From Candidatus Thermofontivivens primus (GTDB lineage: Bacteria > Sysuimicrobiota > Sysuimicrobiia > Sysuimicrobiales > Thermofontiviventaceae): 55,227 nt of DNA. The notes under the pieces were generated by a model that was not told the DNA's origin, ran no database searches, and saw only the letters and a program-made list of their open reading frames with translations. Position numbers and translations under genes: made by a program. Of this stretch, positions 8,647 to 16,742 are shown one piece after another; positions within the stretch are counted from its first letter, which is position 1, and each line of letters opens with the position of its first letter. The DNA lies in contig JAVKJW010000012.1 of assembly GCA_031458695.1 (NCBI GenBank), positions 15,346 through 70,572 of the forward strand. Direction: 5' to 3'.

Positions 8647-9633
8647 ATGCGGGAACGGTTCAAAACCCTGGCCTGGATTGGAGCGGTCCTGGTGGCGTTC
8701 ACTTTGTACCCCTGGATCTTCCCCACAAAGCTTAACCTGGGGGTGGTGATCGTCCTCTTCGCTGGAATGGCCACGGCCTGGGACATCCTAGGAGGGTGGG
8801 CCGGCCAGCTTTCCCTTGGACATGCGGCTCTCGTGGGGATCGGGGGATATACCCTTGCCCTCCTCTCCCTGCGGGCGGGCATCCCTCCCTGGTGGGGGTT
8901 GCTCGCGGGCATGGCCCTGACGAGTGTAGTAGCGGCAATGTGGGGGTGGATCGTCTTCCGCCTGAGGGGTCCCTACTTCGTCCTTTCCACCATTGCCGTG
9001 GCCGAGATCCTTCGCCTGGTCGCTATCAACTGGAAGAACCTCACAGGCGGTGCGGAGGGCCTTTTCTTGCGGGAACTTCCGCGGCCGTTCGGCCTGGACT
9101 TATTCGACCGGACGGTGGAGTTCTACCTTGGCCTAGCCTTCTTAGGGATCGCGCTCCTGGTGGTATGGTGGTTGAGCTGGAGCCGGTTCGGGTACTCCCT
9201 GCAGGCTATCCGCGAGGACCAGGACTCCGCGATGGCCATGGGGATCAACCCCACAAGCACGAAGATCCTAGCATTCGCCTTGAGCGCGGCCCTCACCGCC
9301 GCGGGGGGATCCCTCTACGCCATCTACCTCTCCTTCTTTGAGCCGCATATCGTTCTGGATATCGGGCTGAGCGTGGAGCTGGCGTTGATCGCCTACATCG
9401 GGGGCGCAGGTACTGTGTTTGGCCCCACCATCGGAGCTGTGGTGCTGCTGGGTGCGGCGGACCTCTTCCGGAATTACTTCCAGCAGGCGAACCTGCTGAT
9501 CTACGGCATCCTCATCATCCTGGTCGTGCGGTTCGCACCCGAGGGGATCGTAGGAGGATGGCATGTCCTGTTGCGCCGCCTGACCCGTCCAGCTCCTGTG
9601 GTGCCTGTCGAGGTTCGAGGGGAGCGGCCATGA
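8647..9633 (+). CDS. livM: HAAT ABC transporter permease LivM
   Basis: GWAGQLSLGHAA; RLRGPYFVLST; LTGGAEG; AIREDQDSAMAMGIN; APEGIVG. Confidence 0.93.
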   Translation: MRERFKTLAWIGAVLVAFTLYPWIFPTKLNLGVVIVLFAGMATAWDILGGWAGQLSLGHAALVGIGGYTLALLSLRAGIPPWWGLLAGMALTSVVAAMWGWIVFRLRGPYFVLSTIAVAEILRLVAINWKNLTGGAEGLFLRELPRPFGLDLFDRTVEFYLGLAFLGIALLVVWWLSWSRFGYSLQAIREDQDSAMAMGINPTSTKILAFALSAALTAAGGSLYAIYLSFFEPHIVLDIGLSVELALIAYIGGAGTVFGPTIGAVVLLGAADLFRNYFQQANLLIYGILIILVVRFAPEGIVGGWHVLLRRLTRPAPVVPVEVRGERP

Positions 9634-10373
9634 GCAGTGGATCGATCCTGCAGGTGGAAGGCGTACACCAGCGGTTCGGAGGCCTCCTGGCCCTCCAGGA
9701 TGTTTCCCTCTCGGTGGAGGAAGGAGAGATCCTCGGCCTCATTGGTCCCAATGGCGCCGGGAAGACCACCCTATTCAACGTGATCAGCGGGTACCTAAGA
9801 CCTACGGAAGGTTCCGTGCGCTTCTTGGGGAAAGAGGTGACCGGGCTTCCCCCTTACCGTCTTGCGGCCATGGGGATGGGGCGGACCTTTCAGATCGTAC
9901 GGCCGTTCCCCAAACTGACGGTACTGGAGAATGTTCTCATCGGATCCTTCCTACGAACCTCCTCCCGGAGGGAGGCTGAGGACCGAGCATGGGAAACGCT
10001 CCACCTCACGGGGCTTGCTCCCTTTGCCTCCCGGCCAGCTGCGAGCCTGAACCTCGCTGGGAGAAAGCGCCTGGAGATCGCCCGCGCCCTGGCACTCAAC
10101 CCGCGCCTTCTGCTCCTTGATGAGGTTGTCGCTGGCCTCAACCCCGCAGAAACCGATGCGACCGTAAAGCTCATTCGGAGGGTCCGGGACCGCGGGATCA
10201 CGATCATCGTTGTGGAGCACGTGATGCGGGTCATCATGGGTCTCAGCGACCGGGTGGTTGTTCTCAATTACGGTCGGAAGATCGCCGAAGGGAAGCCCCA
10301 AGAGGTGGCATCCGATCCAGCGGTTATTGCGGCGTACCTGGGGGAATCTGGAGGAGGGAGTGAAGGAAGGTAA
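9630..10373 (+). CDS. livG: HAAT ABC transporter ATPase LivG
   Basis: FGGLLAL; Walker A GPNGAGKTT; GRTFQ; LLLDE; VVEH; AYLG. ATG overlaps the livM stop. Confidence 0.94.
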   Translation: MSSGSILQVEGVHQRFGGLLALQDVSLSVEEGEILGLIGPNGAGKTTLFNVISGYLRPTEGSVRFLGKEVTGLPPYRLAAMGMGRTFQIVRPFPKLTVLENVLIGSFLRTSSRREAEDRAWETLHLTGLAPFASRPAASLNLAGRKRLEIARALALNPRLLLLDEVVAGLNPAETDATVKLIRRVRDRGITIIVVEHVMRVIMGLSDRVVVLNYGRKIAEGKPQEVASDPAVIAAYLGESGGGSEGR

Positions 10374-10390
10374 AAGGGTGAGGGAGAGGG

Positions 10391-11095
10391 ATGCTTCTCG
10401 TTGAGTCCATCAACGTCGCCTACGGAGACCTGCAGGTCCTCTGGGACGTCTCCCTCTCTGTGCGCGAGGGAGAACTTGTGGCCCTCATCGGGGCGAACGG
10501 AGCGGGGAAGACCACGACCCTCCGCGCCATCACCGGACTCCTTCGCCCCAGGAGCGGGCGGATCTTGTTCGACGGGAAGGACCTGACTGGTCTCTCCCCC
10601 CATAGGATCGTGGAGATGGGGATCGCCCATGTCCCCGAGGGGCGCCAGCTCTTCCCCCTGATGACTGTGGAGGAGCACCTCCTCCTTGGATCGTTCCTCC
10701 CACGGGCCAGGGCTCGGCGCACCCAGAACCTGGAGCGGGTTCTGAGCATCTTCCCCGTGCTGCGCGAGCGTTTCCACCAGGTTGCTGAAACCCTCAGCGG
10801 GGGAGAGCAACAGATGCTGGCGATCGCGCGGGCACTCATGAGCGATCCTAAGGTTCTCCTCCTCGACGAGCCAAGCCTGGGTCTCGCTCCCCTCATTGTC
10901 AAGGAGGTCTTCGGCATCATCGAACAAATCCACAAGGAGGGAGTGACGATCCTCCTCGTCGAACAGAACGTCCAACAGGCCCTTACGATTGCAGACCGGG
11001 CCTTCGTCATGGAGAACGGGCGCGTGGTTCTAGAGGGGAGCGGTTCAGAGCTCCTCGCCCATCCCGAGGTCAAGAAGGCCTATCTGGGAATGTAA
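10391..11095 (+). CDS. livF: HAAT ABC transporter ATPase LivF
   Basis: GANGAGKTT; VPEGRQLF; LSGGEQQMLAIARAL; LDEPSLGLAP; VEQN. Confidence 0.95.
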   Translation: MLLVESINVAYGDLQVLWDVSLSVREGELVALIGANGAGKTTTLRAITGLLRPRSGRILFDGKDLTGLSPHRIVEMGIAHVPEGRQLFPLMTVEEHLLLGSFLPRARARRTQNLERVLSIFPVLRERFHQVAETLSGGEQQMLAIARALMSDPKVLLLDEPSLGLAPLIVKEVFGIIEQIHKEGVTILLVEQNVQQALTIADRAFVMENGRVVLEGSGSELLAHPEVKKAYLGM

Positions 11096-11151
11096 TCCGT
11101 GAAGTCGTAATTCGTGATTCGAGGATCAAGAATGGAAAGGGGGAGTGGTAC

Positions 11152-11973
11152 ATGAGAAAGGCATGGCTCGTTCTTTCAACGCTCGTGCTCGTAGCTTTCG
11201 TGGCCTCCGTGGGAATCGCCGGCCCGCTCGACGAGATCAAGCAGCGGGGCTACCTGATCGTTGGGGTCAAGGCGGATTTCCCGCCCTTTGGGTACATCGA
11301 TGAACGGGGAGAACGGGCAGGCTTCGATCTCGATTTGGCCAAGGAGCTTGCCAGGCTCCTCTTTGGGGATCCTTCGAAGGTTCGGTTTGTCACCGTGACA
11401 TCGGCCAACCGCATCCCCTTCCTCCAGACGAAGCAGATCGACATCATTGTGGCCACGATGACGGTGACCTTCGACCGGGCCAAGGTGGTGGACTTTTCCC
11501 AGCCGTACTTCTGCAGCGGGCACCTGATCCTCGTGCCACAGAACAGCACGATCCGCACCTTCCAGGATCTCAACGGCCGACGCGTGGCAACGGTCCAGGG
11601 ATCCACAGGCGATAGGGTCACAAGCGTCCTGGCCCCGCAAGCACAGAAGATCACCTTCACGCAGAACTCGGAGGCTTTGCTGGCTCTGAAGGGAGGCCGC
11701 GCGGAAGCATTCGTCCAGGACGACGTACTCCTGCTGAGCTTCGCCAAGCAGGATCCTTCCCTCAAGGTCGTCGGCTGGCCGCCCCAAATGCCCGCCCCGT
11801 ATGCCATTGGGGTGCGCAAGGGGGAGAAGGATCTCTTGGCCTGGATCAACGTCGCGCTCGTCAAGATCCGGCAGGAAGGGGTCTATGACCGCCTTTACAA
11901 GAAGTGGTTCGGCGAGCTCGCCGGGCAACTCCTGAAACCCAAGGACTGCAAGCCCGTCCTGGTGTTGCCGTAA
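11152..11973 (+). CDS. Polar amino acid ABC transporter substrate-binding protein (family 3)
   Basis: Signal peptide; IKQRGYLIVGVKADFPPFG; GFDLDLAKELA; SANRIPFL; VDFSQPY; YKKWFG. Confidence 0.92.
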   Translation: MRKAWLVLSTLVLVAFVASVGIAGPLDEIKQRGYLIVGVKADFPPFGYIDERGERAGFDLDLAKELARLLFGDPSKVRFVTVTSANRIPFLQTKQIDIIVATMTVTFDRAKVVDFSQPYFCSGHLILVPQNSTIRTFQDLNGRRVATVQGSTGDRVTSVLAPQAQKITFTQNSEALLALKGGRAEAFVQDDVLLLSFAKQDPSLKVVGWPPQMPAPYAIGVRKGEKDLLAWINVALVKIRQEGVYDRLYKKWFGELAGQLLKPKDCKPVLVLP

Positions 11974-12000
11974 CCTATTTGTGGAAATTCGGAAGGGACC

Positions 12001-12028
12001 GTAGGGGCGACGCGCGCGTCGCCCCTAC
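12001..12028. repeat. GTAG-type REP-like perfect palindrome
   Basis: GTAGGGGCGACGCG|CGCGTCGCCCCTAC is a perfect 28-bp palindrome lying between two genes of an operon. Confidence 0.75.
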
Positions 12029-12044
12029 ATATATGGGTGGAACA

Positions 12045-12719
12045 ATGACATACCAGTTTGACTTCTCTGTGATCGTTCGTTCGCTCCCGATCCTGTTGCG
12101 GGGTGCTGTCCTCACAATGGGATTGAGCCTCCTGGCGATCCTCCTAGCGACGGTGCTAGGGGTTGTGGGGGCGGCGGGCCGTCTCTCTCGGTGGCGGATG
12201 TTCCGCTTCCTTGCGGCCGCCTATGTAGAGGTGTTCCGGAATACCCCGTTGCTCATCCAGATCTTCTTCCTCTTCTTTGGCCTTCCTGGGATTGGCATCC
12301 GCCTTTCCGCCTTCGGCTCAGGACTTTTGGCGTTGTGCCTGTACACAGGAGCTTATAACGTAGAGGTGTTTCGGGCAGGAATCGAGGCCGTGCCGAGGGG
12401 GCTCCGGGAGGCGGCGGCGTCCCTGGGGATGACCTCGTTCCAGAGCTTCCGTCACGTTATCCTCCCGGTGGCGATCCGGATCAGCCTGCCGGCCCTGGGG
12501 AACAACTTCGTCGCCCTCCTCAAGAACTCGTCCCTCGTATCCACGATTGGTGTGGTAGAGCTGACCTTCCTGGCCAACGACCTGAACGCCTGGACGTTCC
12601 GCAGTTTCGAGATCTATGGTGCCACGGCGTTGATCTATCTGTGCATGGTGCTGTTGTTGGTGGCTGTGTTGCGCCGTGTAGAGGGTCGCTTACTTGTGTA
12701 CATCCGGAGGGTCGCATGA
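12045..12719 (+). CDS. Polar amino acid ABC transporter permease
   Basis: YVEVFRNTPLLIQ; EAA loop REAAASLGM; VILPVA; LLKNSSLVSTIG. Confidence 0.92.
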   Translation: MTYQFDFSVIVRSLPILLRGAVLTMGLSLLAILLATVLGVVGAAGRLSRWRMFRFLAAAYVEVFRNTPLLIQIFFLFFGLPGIGIRLSAFGSGLLALCLYTGAYNVEVFRAGIEAVPRGLREAAASLGMTSFQSFRHVILPVAIRISLPALGNNFVALLKNSSLVSTIGVVELTFLANDLNAWTFRSFEIYGATALIYLCMVLLLVAVLRRVEGRLLVYIRRVA

Positions 12720-13372
12720 AGTGGGGTGTCGTCGTCACCAACTTCTTCTATCTCGCCCGCGGCCTGGAGGTGACGGCTGGGATTGGGCTCACGGTAATGC
12801 TCACAGGTACGATCCTGGGATTTCTTGTAGGGTTCATGCGCATCAGCCGCATGTGGCTCCTCCGAACTGTTTCCCTGATGTTCGTCGAGCTCTTCCGGGA
12901 TACTCCGCTCATCCTCCAGATCTTCTTCGTCTTCTTTGGCCTCCCGGCCCTGGGGATCCGATTGAATTCCCTCCTGGCCGCTTCCCTGGCCATGACCTTC
13001 TTTGCAGCCGCGAACGCCGCGGAGATTGTGCGAGGGGCTATCCAATCCATCCCCCACGGGCAGGTCGAGGCGGCGCGCTCTCTAGCCCTTACCTGGTGGC
13101 AAACCATGTCCCTGGTGATCCTCCCTCAGGCTCTCCGCCGCATGGTTCCCCCGTTCATGGGGCTGTTCACCACGCTCATCAAGGATACTTCCCTAGCCGC
13201 GATCATCGGCGTGTTTGAGCTAACGAGGGCAGGGAGGGAGGTCGTGGAGAGGACCTTGGCCTCATTTGAGATCTGGATCACCGTGGCGGCCATCTACTTC
13301 CTCATCTGTTACCCGCTCTCCCTACTGACCCAGCGCCTGGAGCAGCGGCTCACTGCGGAGGCTGGCCACTAG
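12716..13372 (+). CDS. Polar amino acid ABC transporter permease
   Basis: VELFRDTPL; EIVRGAIQSIPHGQVEAARSL; ILPQA; IKDTSL. ATG overlaps the upstream stop. Confidence 0.92.
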   Translation: MKWGVVVTNFFYLARGLEVTAGIGLTVMLTGTILGFLVGFMRISRMWLLRTVSLMFVELFRDTPLILQIFFVFFGLPALGIRLNSLLAASLAMTFFAAANAAEIVRGAIQSIPHGQVEAARSLALTWWQTMSLVILPQALRRMVPPFMGLFTTLIKDTSLAAIIGVFELTRAGREVVERTLASFEIWITVAAIYFLICYPLSLLTQRLEQRLTAEAGH

Positions 13373-13788
13373 TGGGCGCAAAAGCTTTTTCCTGTTATAT
13401 CGATGGCGCCGCCCGAGGAAATCCAGGTCCTGCAGGGATCGGCGTTGTCCTCCTGGCCCAGGACGGGACCGTCGTGCGGGAGATCGCCAGGTACCTGGGG
13501 GAGACCACCAACAACGTTGCCGAATACCATGCGCTCCTGGCCGCGCTGGAGGAGGCCCTGCGCCAAGGTGCGGAAGAGGTTATCATTTACAGCGACAGCG
13601 AGCTTCTAGTTCGCCAGGTGAATGGTACCTACCGGGTCCGCAGCGCCCACCTCCTCCCCCTTTTCCAAAGGGCTCGCACGCTCATGGGGAGGTTGCGGAA
13701 GGTCTCGGTTCGCCATATTGAGCGGGAGAAGAATGTGCGAGCGGACAGGCTGGCAAACCGCGCCATCGACGAGAAGTTGAACTCCTGA
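13372..13788 (+). CDS. rnhA: Ribonuclease HI family protein
   Basis: YIDGAARGNPGPAGIG; TNNVAEY; YSDSELLVRQ; REKNVRADRLAN; acidic catalytic residues present. Confidence 0.92.
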   Translation: MGAKAFSCYIDGAARGNPGPAGIGVVLLAQDGTVVREIARYLGETTNNVAEYHALLAALEEALRQGAEEVIIYSDSELLVRQVNGTYRVRSAHLLPLFQRARTLMGRLRKVSVRHIEREKNVRADRLANRAIDEKLNS

Positions 13789-13806
13789 GCTGCCCTCTGG
13801 TACCAT
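13777..13806 (+). promoter_or_regulatory. Sigma-70-type promoter for rnpB
   Basis: TTGAAC-N18-TACCAT with an extended -10 TG, 5 nt before the RNA 5' end. Confidence 0.6.
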
Positions 13807-13811
13807 AGAGA

Positions 13812-14241
13812 GGGAGCAGGCCGGGGAGCCGCTCCTCGCCGGGGATCTTGGAGTTCCCGGGGAGGGGAGGAAAGTCCGGGCTCCACAGGGCAAGGTGCTG
13901 GGTAACACCCAGCGGGGGCGACCCCAGGGAAAGTGCCACAGAAATGTAAACCGCCTTTGGAGGGGTGATCCTCCGGGGTAAGGGTGCAACGGCGGGGTAA
14001 GAGCCCACCAGCAGCCAGGCGACTGGCTGTCCCGGAAACGGGGGTCTTCGGGTCCTAGAGACCTGGGAACCTAGGTAAACCCCACCTGGAGCAAGGCCGA
14101 ATAGGGGGAGATGAGGTGGCCCGCTGATCCCCGGGTAGGCCGCTTGAGGCTGCAGGCAACTGCATGCCCCAGAGAGATGGCTACCCGCCCGCTTCCCCGC
14201 AAGGGGCGCGGGTACAGAACCCGGCTTACAGGCCTGCTCCC
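13812..14241 (+). ncRNA. rnpB: RNase P RNA, bacterial type A
   Basis: GAGGAAAGTCCGGGCTCC; AGTGCCACAGAAA; GGTAAACCCC..GAGCAAG; ACAGAACCCGGCTTA; P1 pairing GGGAGCAGGCC with GGCCTGCTCCC; T-run follows. Confidence 0.97.
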
Positions 14242-14317
14242 CTTTTGTTTGGATCTTGTTCATCACGTTTCTTGCGTTCGGCGGATCGGGCTGGGCGCCC
14301 TCTTGAAATAGCGGGGT

Positions 14318-14351
14318 CCCCAGCAAAATCTCGAAAGAGATTTTGCTGGGG
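14318..14351 (+). other. Perfect 15-bp inverted repeat with a GAAA loop
   Basis: CCCCAGCAAAATCTC-GAAA-GAGATTTTGCTGGGG. Confidence 0.8.
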
Positions 14352-14387
14352 TTACATTAAGGAAGGTTCCGCACCTAGAGGAACGGG

Positions 14388-14416
14388 GGAGGAACCGGCT
14401 ACACGCGGAGAGAACT
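14388..14416 (+). promoter_or_regulatory. Sigma-H-like promoter candidate upstream of the Zn-ribbon gene
   Basis: GGAGGA-accggctacacgcggaga(18)-GAACT. Confidence 0.4.
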
Positions 14417-14528
14417 ATGAAAGAAAACCCTCCTCCTGCTTCCTTTTCCACGAGCAGGAACGAAGGCGGCCAAATGGAGGGTGGAGGAAGAGAGGAAGCG
14501 GCCGATTATTTAGGAGAGGTCGAGAGCT

Positions 14529-14783
14529 ATGCGGTGCCCGGAGTGCGGGAGCGAGTATGTGATCTCCAACGTGACCATCCGCTGGCACGCGGTGCGTGGC
14601 ACCTTCCTCTCCCAGCGGGGCCAGTACTGCGCCGCTTGCGGGAAGACCTTCAAGGCACAGGAGAGCGATGCCATCCGGTCTGTCCGGGTGAGCAAGGTGA
14701 CGGAGGCGCTCAAGAGCCTTCAGGAGAGCGGGGACATCATCATCGTCCGCCACCGCAACGGCACCCGTGAGGTCATCTTCTGA
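14529..14783 (+). CDS. Small zinc-ribbon protein (YgiT/MqsA-like two-CxxC domain), function unknown
   Basis: AGGAGAGG RBS; MRCPECG...YCAACGKTF; 84 aa; GC-rich codon usage like core genes. Confidence 0.75.
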   Translation: MRCPECGSEYVISNVTIRWHAVRGTFLSQRGQYCAACGKTFKAQESDAIRSVRVSKVTEALKSLQESGDIIIVRHRNGTREVIF

Positions 14784-14848
14784 GTAGCTCCTGGAATCTG
14801 TTGAGGGGATTTCGCTACGGCCCGTTCTCCCTCCCTTGAGGTGAGGGT

Positions 14849-14877
14849 AAAGGAGAATTGTTTTGTGTCCTCGAATT
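14849..14877 (+). promoter_or_regulatory. Sigma-H-like promoter candidate upstream of the MFS gene
   Basis: AAAGGA-gaattgttttgtgtcctc(18)-GAATT. Confidence 0.5.
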
Positions 14878-14950
14878 CCACCCTGCCTGAGTCACTCCAC
14901 TAAAACCCTGGGATGGGTTTCGGTGGGACCCCAACCCAGTGAGGTGACGC

Positions 14951-16411
14951 GTGAGCGACTCCGTTGGAGAAGCCACCAAAGCTGCCCCCGCTGGCTTCCT
15001 CACCCTCATGCGCAACCGCAACTACGCCCTCCTCTGGACTGGGCAGCTCGTTTCCCAGATGGGCGACCGCTTCCACTGGCTTGCCATCTCCCTCTGGGTC
15101 TATTCTCTTACCGGTTCTGCCGTCCACGTTTCCCTGGCTATGACCGCGATGACGCTGGGGCAAGTGCCCCTGGGGTTGCTGAGCGGGGTGTTGGTGGATC
15201 GTCTGAACCGGAAGGCCGTCCTGATCGCCTCAGACCTGGTCCGGGCAGTGGTTGTGGCGACCATCCCCTCACTGATCGTGCACAGCATCTGGTATGTCTA
15301 CGCAGCCATCTTCCTGATCTCTGCAGCCTCTGTGTTCTTCCGCCCAGCGATGTTTGCGGTGATTCCCCAGGTGGTCAGGGAAGAAGACCTCATGCCTGCA
15401 AATAGCTTCTTTTCTGCCACAAGACAGTTTACAGAACTTCTCGGACCACTCCTGGCAGGTGTAGTAGTAATGCGCCTTGGGTATGCTACTTCTCTCTATC
15501 TCGACGCCGTAAGCTATATCGTAAGCGGTCTCCTCGTGATGGCTATGACTATTCCTCCACTCGTCCGCGTTGTGGAGAACTTGTGGGAAGGGATTAAGCA
15601 TGATCTCATAGAGGGCTTTCATTTTATCAGGAACAATAAGGTCCAGCGTGGTCTATTTATCCTCATCTTCGTGGTCTTCTGGGCCGGGGGGTTAACGAGC
15701 CTTCAAACACCACTTGCTAAGGGAGTCCTAAGGATCAGCGATGCTCAGTTTGGTTTTATGAGCAGCATCCATGGGGCAGGGTTCTTAAGTGCCTCTCTCT
15801 TAATGGGATGGTTTGGAACGAAGTTCCCTAAGGGTATTCTCCTTGTGGTTGGGGCCCTTATTTTTGCGTTAGCACCTGGAGTAGCAGGACTAGCCCCCTC
15901 GTTTGGAGCTTTGCTCGTTGCCATGTTTTTATGGGGATTTGGCAATATCGTCCTACTGATCAGCCTTCTGACATTGATTATGGAGATCACTCCCCAGGAG
16001 ATGTTGGGTCGTGTCATTGCCAACCGCCAGGTTGCACTCGGTGTAGTGGATACCTTAGCCCTTCTAGGATTTGGCGCCCTTGCCGATATCCTAGGGGTGA
16101 GGGAGTCTATCCTGATCATGGCAGGGCTCACGCTGGTCCTACTTCTTATCTGGATCCGGCAGAACCCGGAGATCACGCAGGACAGCATGGGATGGTGGGA
16201 TGCGATCTGGCGGAAGGTTACAGGGTACGTGGACCCGGAGTACGACGAGGTCCAGCAACGCTGGCTCAACCTGGTCACGATGGCCATCGTGGCTGTGGGG
16301 TGGGTTCTCTTTACCATTCGGCAGCCTTCCATTGGGTTTGGGATTGCGGGGATAATCCTAGCGACGTGGGGAGCTCGGAAGATGATGAAGAGGCTTAAAA
16401 GGAAGGAGTGA
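14951..16411 (+). CDS. MFS transporter (DHA3/MefA-like exporter) with a C-terminal extension of two extra hydrophobic segments
   Basis: RNRNYALLWTGQLVSQMGD; GVLVDRLNRKAVLIASDLVRA; FFRPAMFAVIPQVV; PQEMLGRV; GAGGTG RBS. Confidence 0.9.
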   Translation: MSDSVGEATKAAPAGFLTLMRNRNYALLWTGQLVSQMGDRFHWLAISLWVYSLTGSAVHVSLAMTAMTLGQVPLGLLSGVLVDRLNRKAVLIASDLVRAVVVATIPSLIVHSIWYVYAAIFLISAASVFFRPAMFAVIPQVVREEDLMPANSFFSATRQFTELLGPLLAGVVVMRLGYATSLYLDAVSYIVSGLLVMAMTIPPLVRVVENLWEGIKHDLIEGFHFIRNNKVQRGLFILIFVVFWAGGLTSLQTPLAKGVLRISDAQFGFMSSIHGAGFLSASLLMGWFGTKFPKGILLVVGALIFALAPGVAGLAPSFGALLVAMFLWGFGNIVLLISLLTLIMEITPQEMLGRVIANRQVALGVVDTLALLGFGALADILGVRESILIMAGLTLVLLLIWIRQNPEITQDSMGWWDAIWRKVTGYVDPEYDEVQQRWLNLVTMAIVAVGWVLFTIRQPSIGFGIAGIILATWGARKMMKRLKRKE

Positions 16412-16449
16412 GGAGTATCGATCATACGAGGAGTGAGGAGGAAGTGAGG
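16407..16449 (+). repeat. AGTGAGG heptamer repeats overlapping the MFS stop codon
   Basis: AGTGAGG at 16407, 16432 and 16443; same unit as the ftsA-ftsZ repeat. Confidence 0.5.
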
Positions 16450-16472
16450 AAAAATAATAAGAGGATGCGGAG

Positions 16473-16500
16473 GGAGGAATCGGTGTAAGTTTGGCGAAAG
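16473..16500 (+). promoter_or_regulatory. Sigma-H-like promoter candidate immediately before the structured RNA
   Basis: GGAGGA-atcggtgtaagtttggc(17)-GAAAG; the implied start site falls at the 5' arm of the closing stem. Confidence 0.45.
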
Positions 16501-16671
16501 TAAACACCTGACCGACCGGTAGCTCAAAAGGGCGGCAATCCGCGCCGCAAAAGGGTACCTTCGGCTTATAGGAGAGGCGATGTAGCCTCCACGAAGGTCA
16601 TATGCGCCGAAGGTAATGGCGGGCTCTAGTAGGACGACTGAGTGAGATAGATTGGTCGAGCAGGTGTTTGC
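16500..16671 (+). ncRNA. Candidate structured RNA or leader of unknown family
   Basis: Nested helices: GTAAACACCTG(16500-10)/CAGGTGTTTGC(16661-71); CGACCGGT/ATTGGTCG; GCGGC/GCCGC; TACCTTCGGC/GCCGAAGGTA (perfect 10 bp); GAGGC/GCCTC. Confidence 0.55.
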
Positions 16672-16673
16672 CC

Positions 16674-16742
16674 GTGAGGTTTGTCCGCATCCTTTCCGCT
16701 GCGCTTTTCCGTGCTTTCTTGGGTGGTTCTCAAGAAGCCTAG
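16674..16742 (+). CDS. Candidate 22-aa amphipathic peptide MRFVRILSAALFRAFLGGSQEA
   Basis: GTG start 7 nt after GCAGGTG, an SD-like site buried in the RNA closing stem; TAG at 16740-16742. No recognised homology. Confidence 0.3.
   Translation: MRFVRILSAALFRAFLGGSQEA

Noticed and set aside
14340..14420. c-di-AMP (ydaO) riboswitch (GGAACGGGGG..AACC)
   Set aside because: The GCTGAATCC and CCCGTCAGCTAAC elements are missing and the order of partial matches is wrong.
14417..14770. 117-aa ORF overlapping the Zn-ribbon gene
   Set aside because: No motifs, and its start sits on the promoter candidate; the CxxC frame has the better RBS.
16566..16640. Glycine riboswitch (GGAGAG..CGAAGG, CGCCGAAGG)
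   Set aside because: The closing CTCTCAGG/CTTTCAGG motif is missing and GCCGAAGG is used in a different 10-bp stem.
16461..16671. Lysine riboswitch, c-di-GMP-I riboswitch, 6S or SRP RNA
   Set aside because: Only isolated words match; the ordered conserved cores (for example GACGCAAA, or TCAGGTCCGGAAGGAAGCAGC) are absent. 6S cannot be fully excluded without a covariance search.
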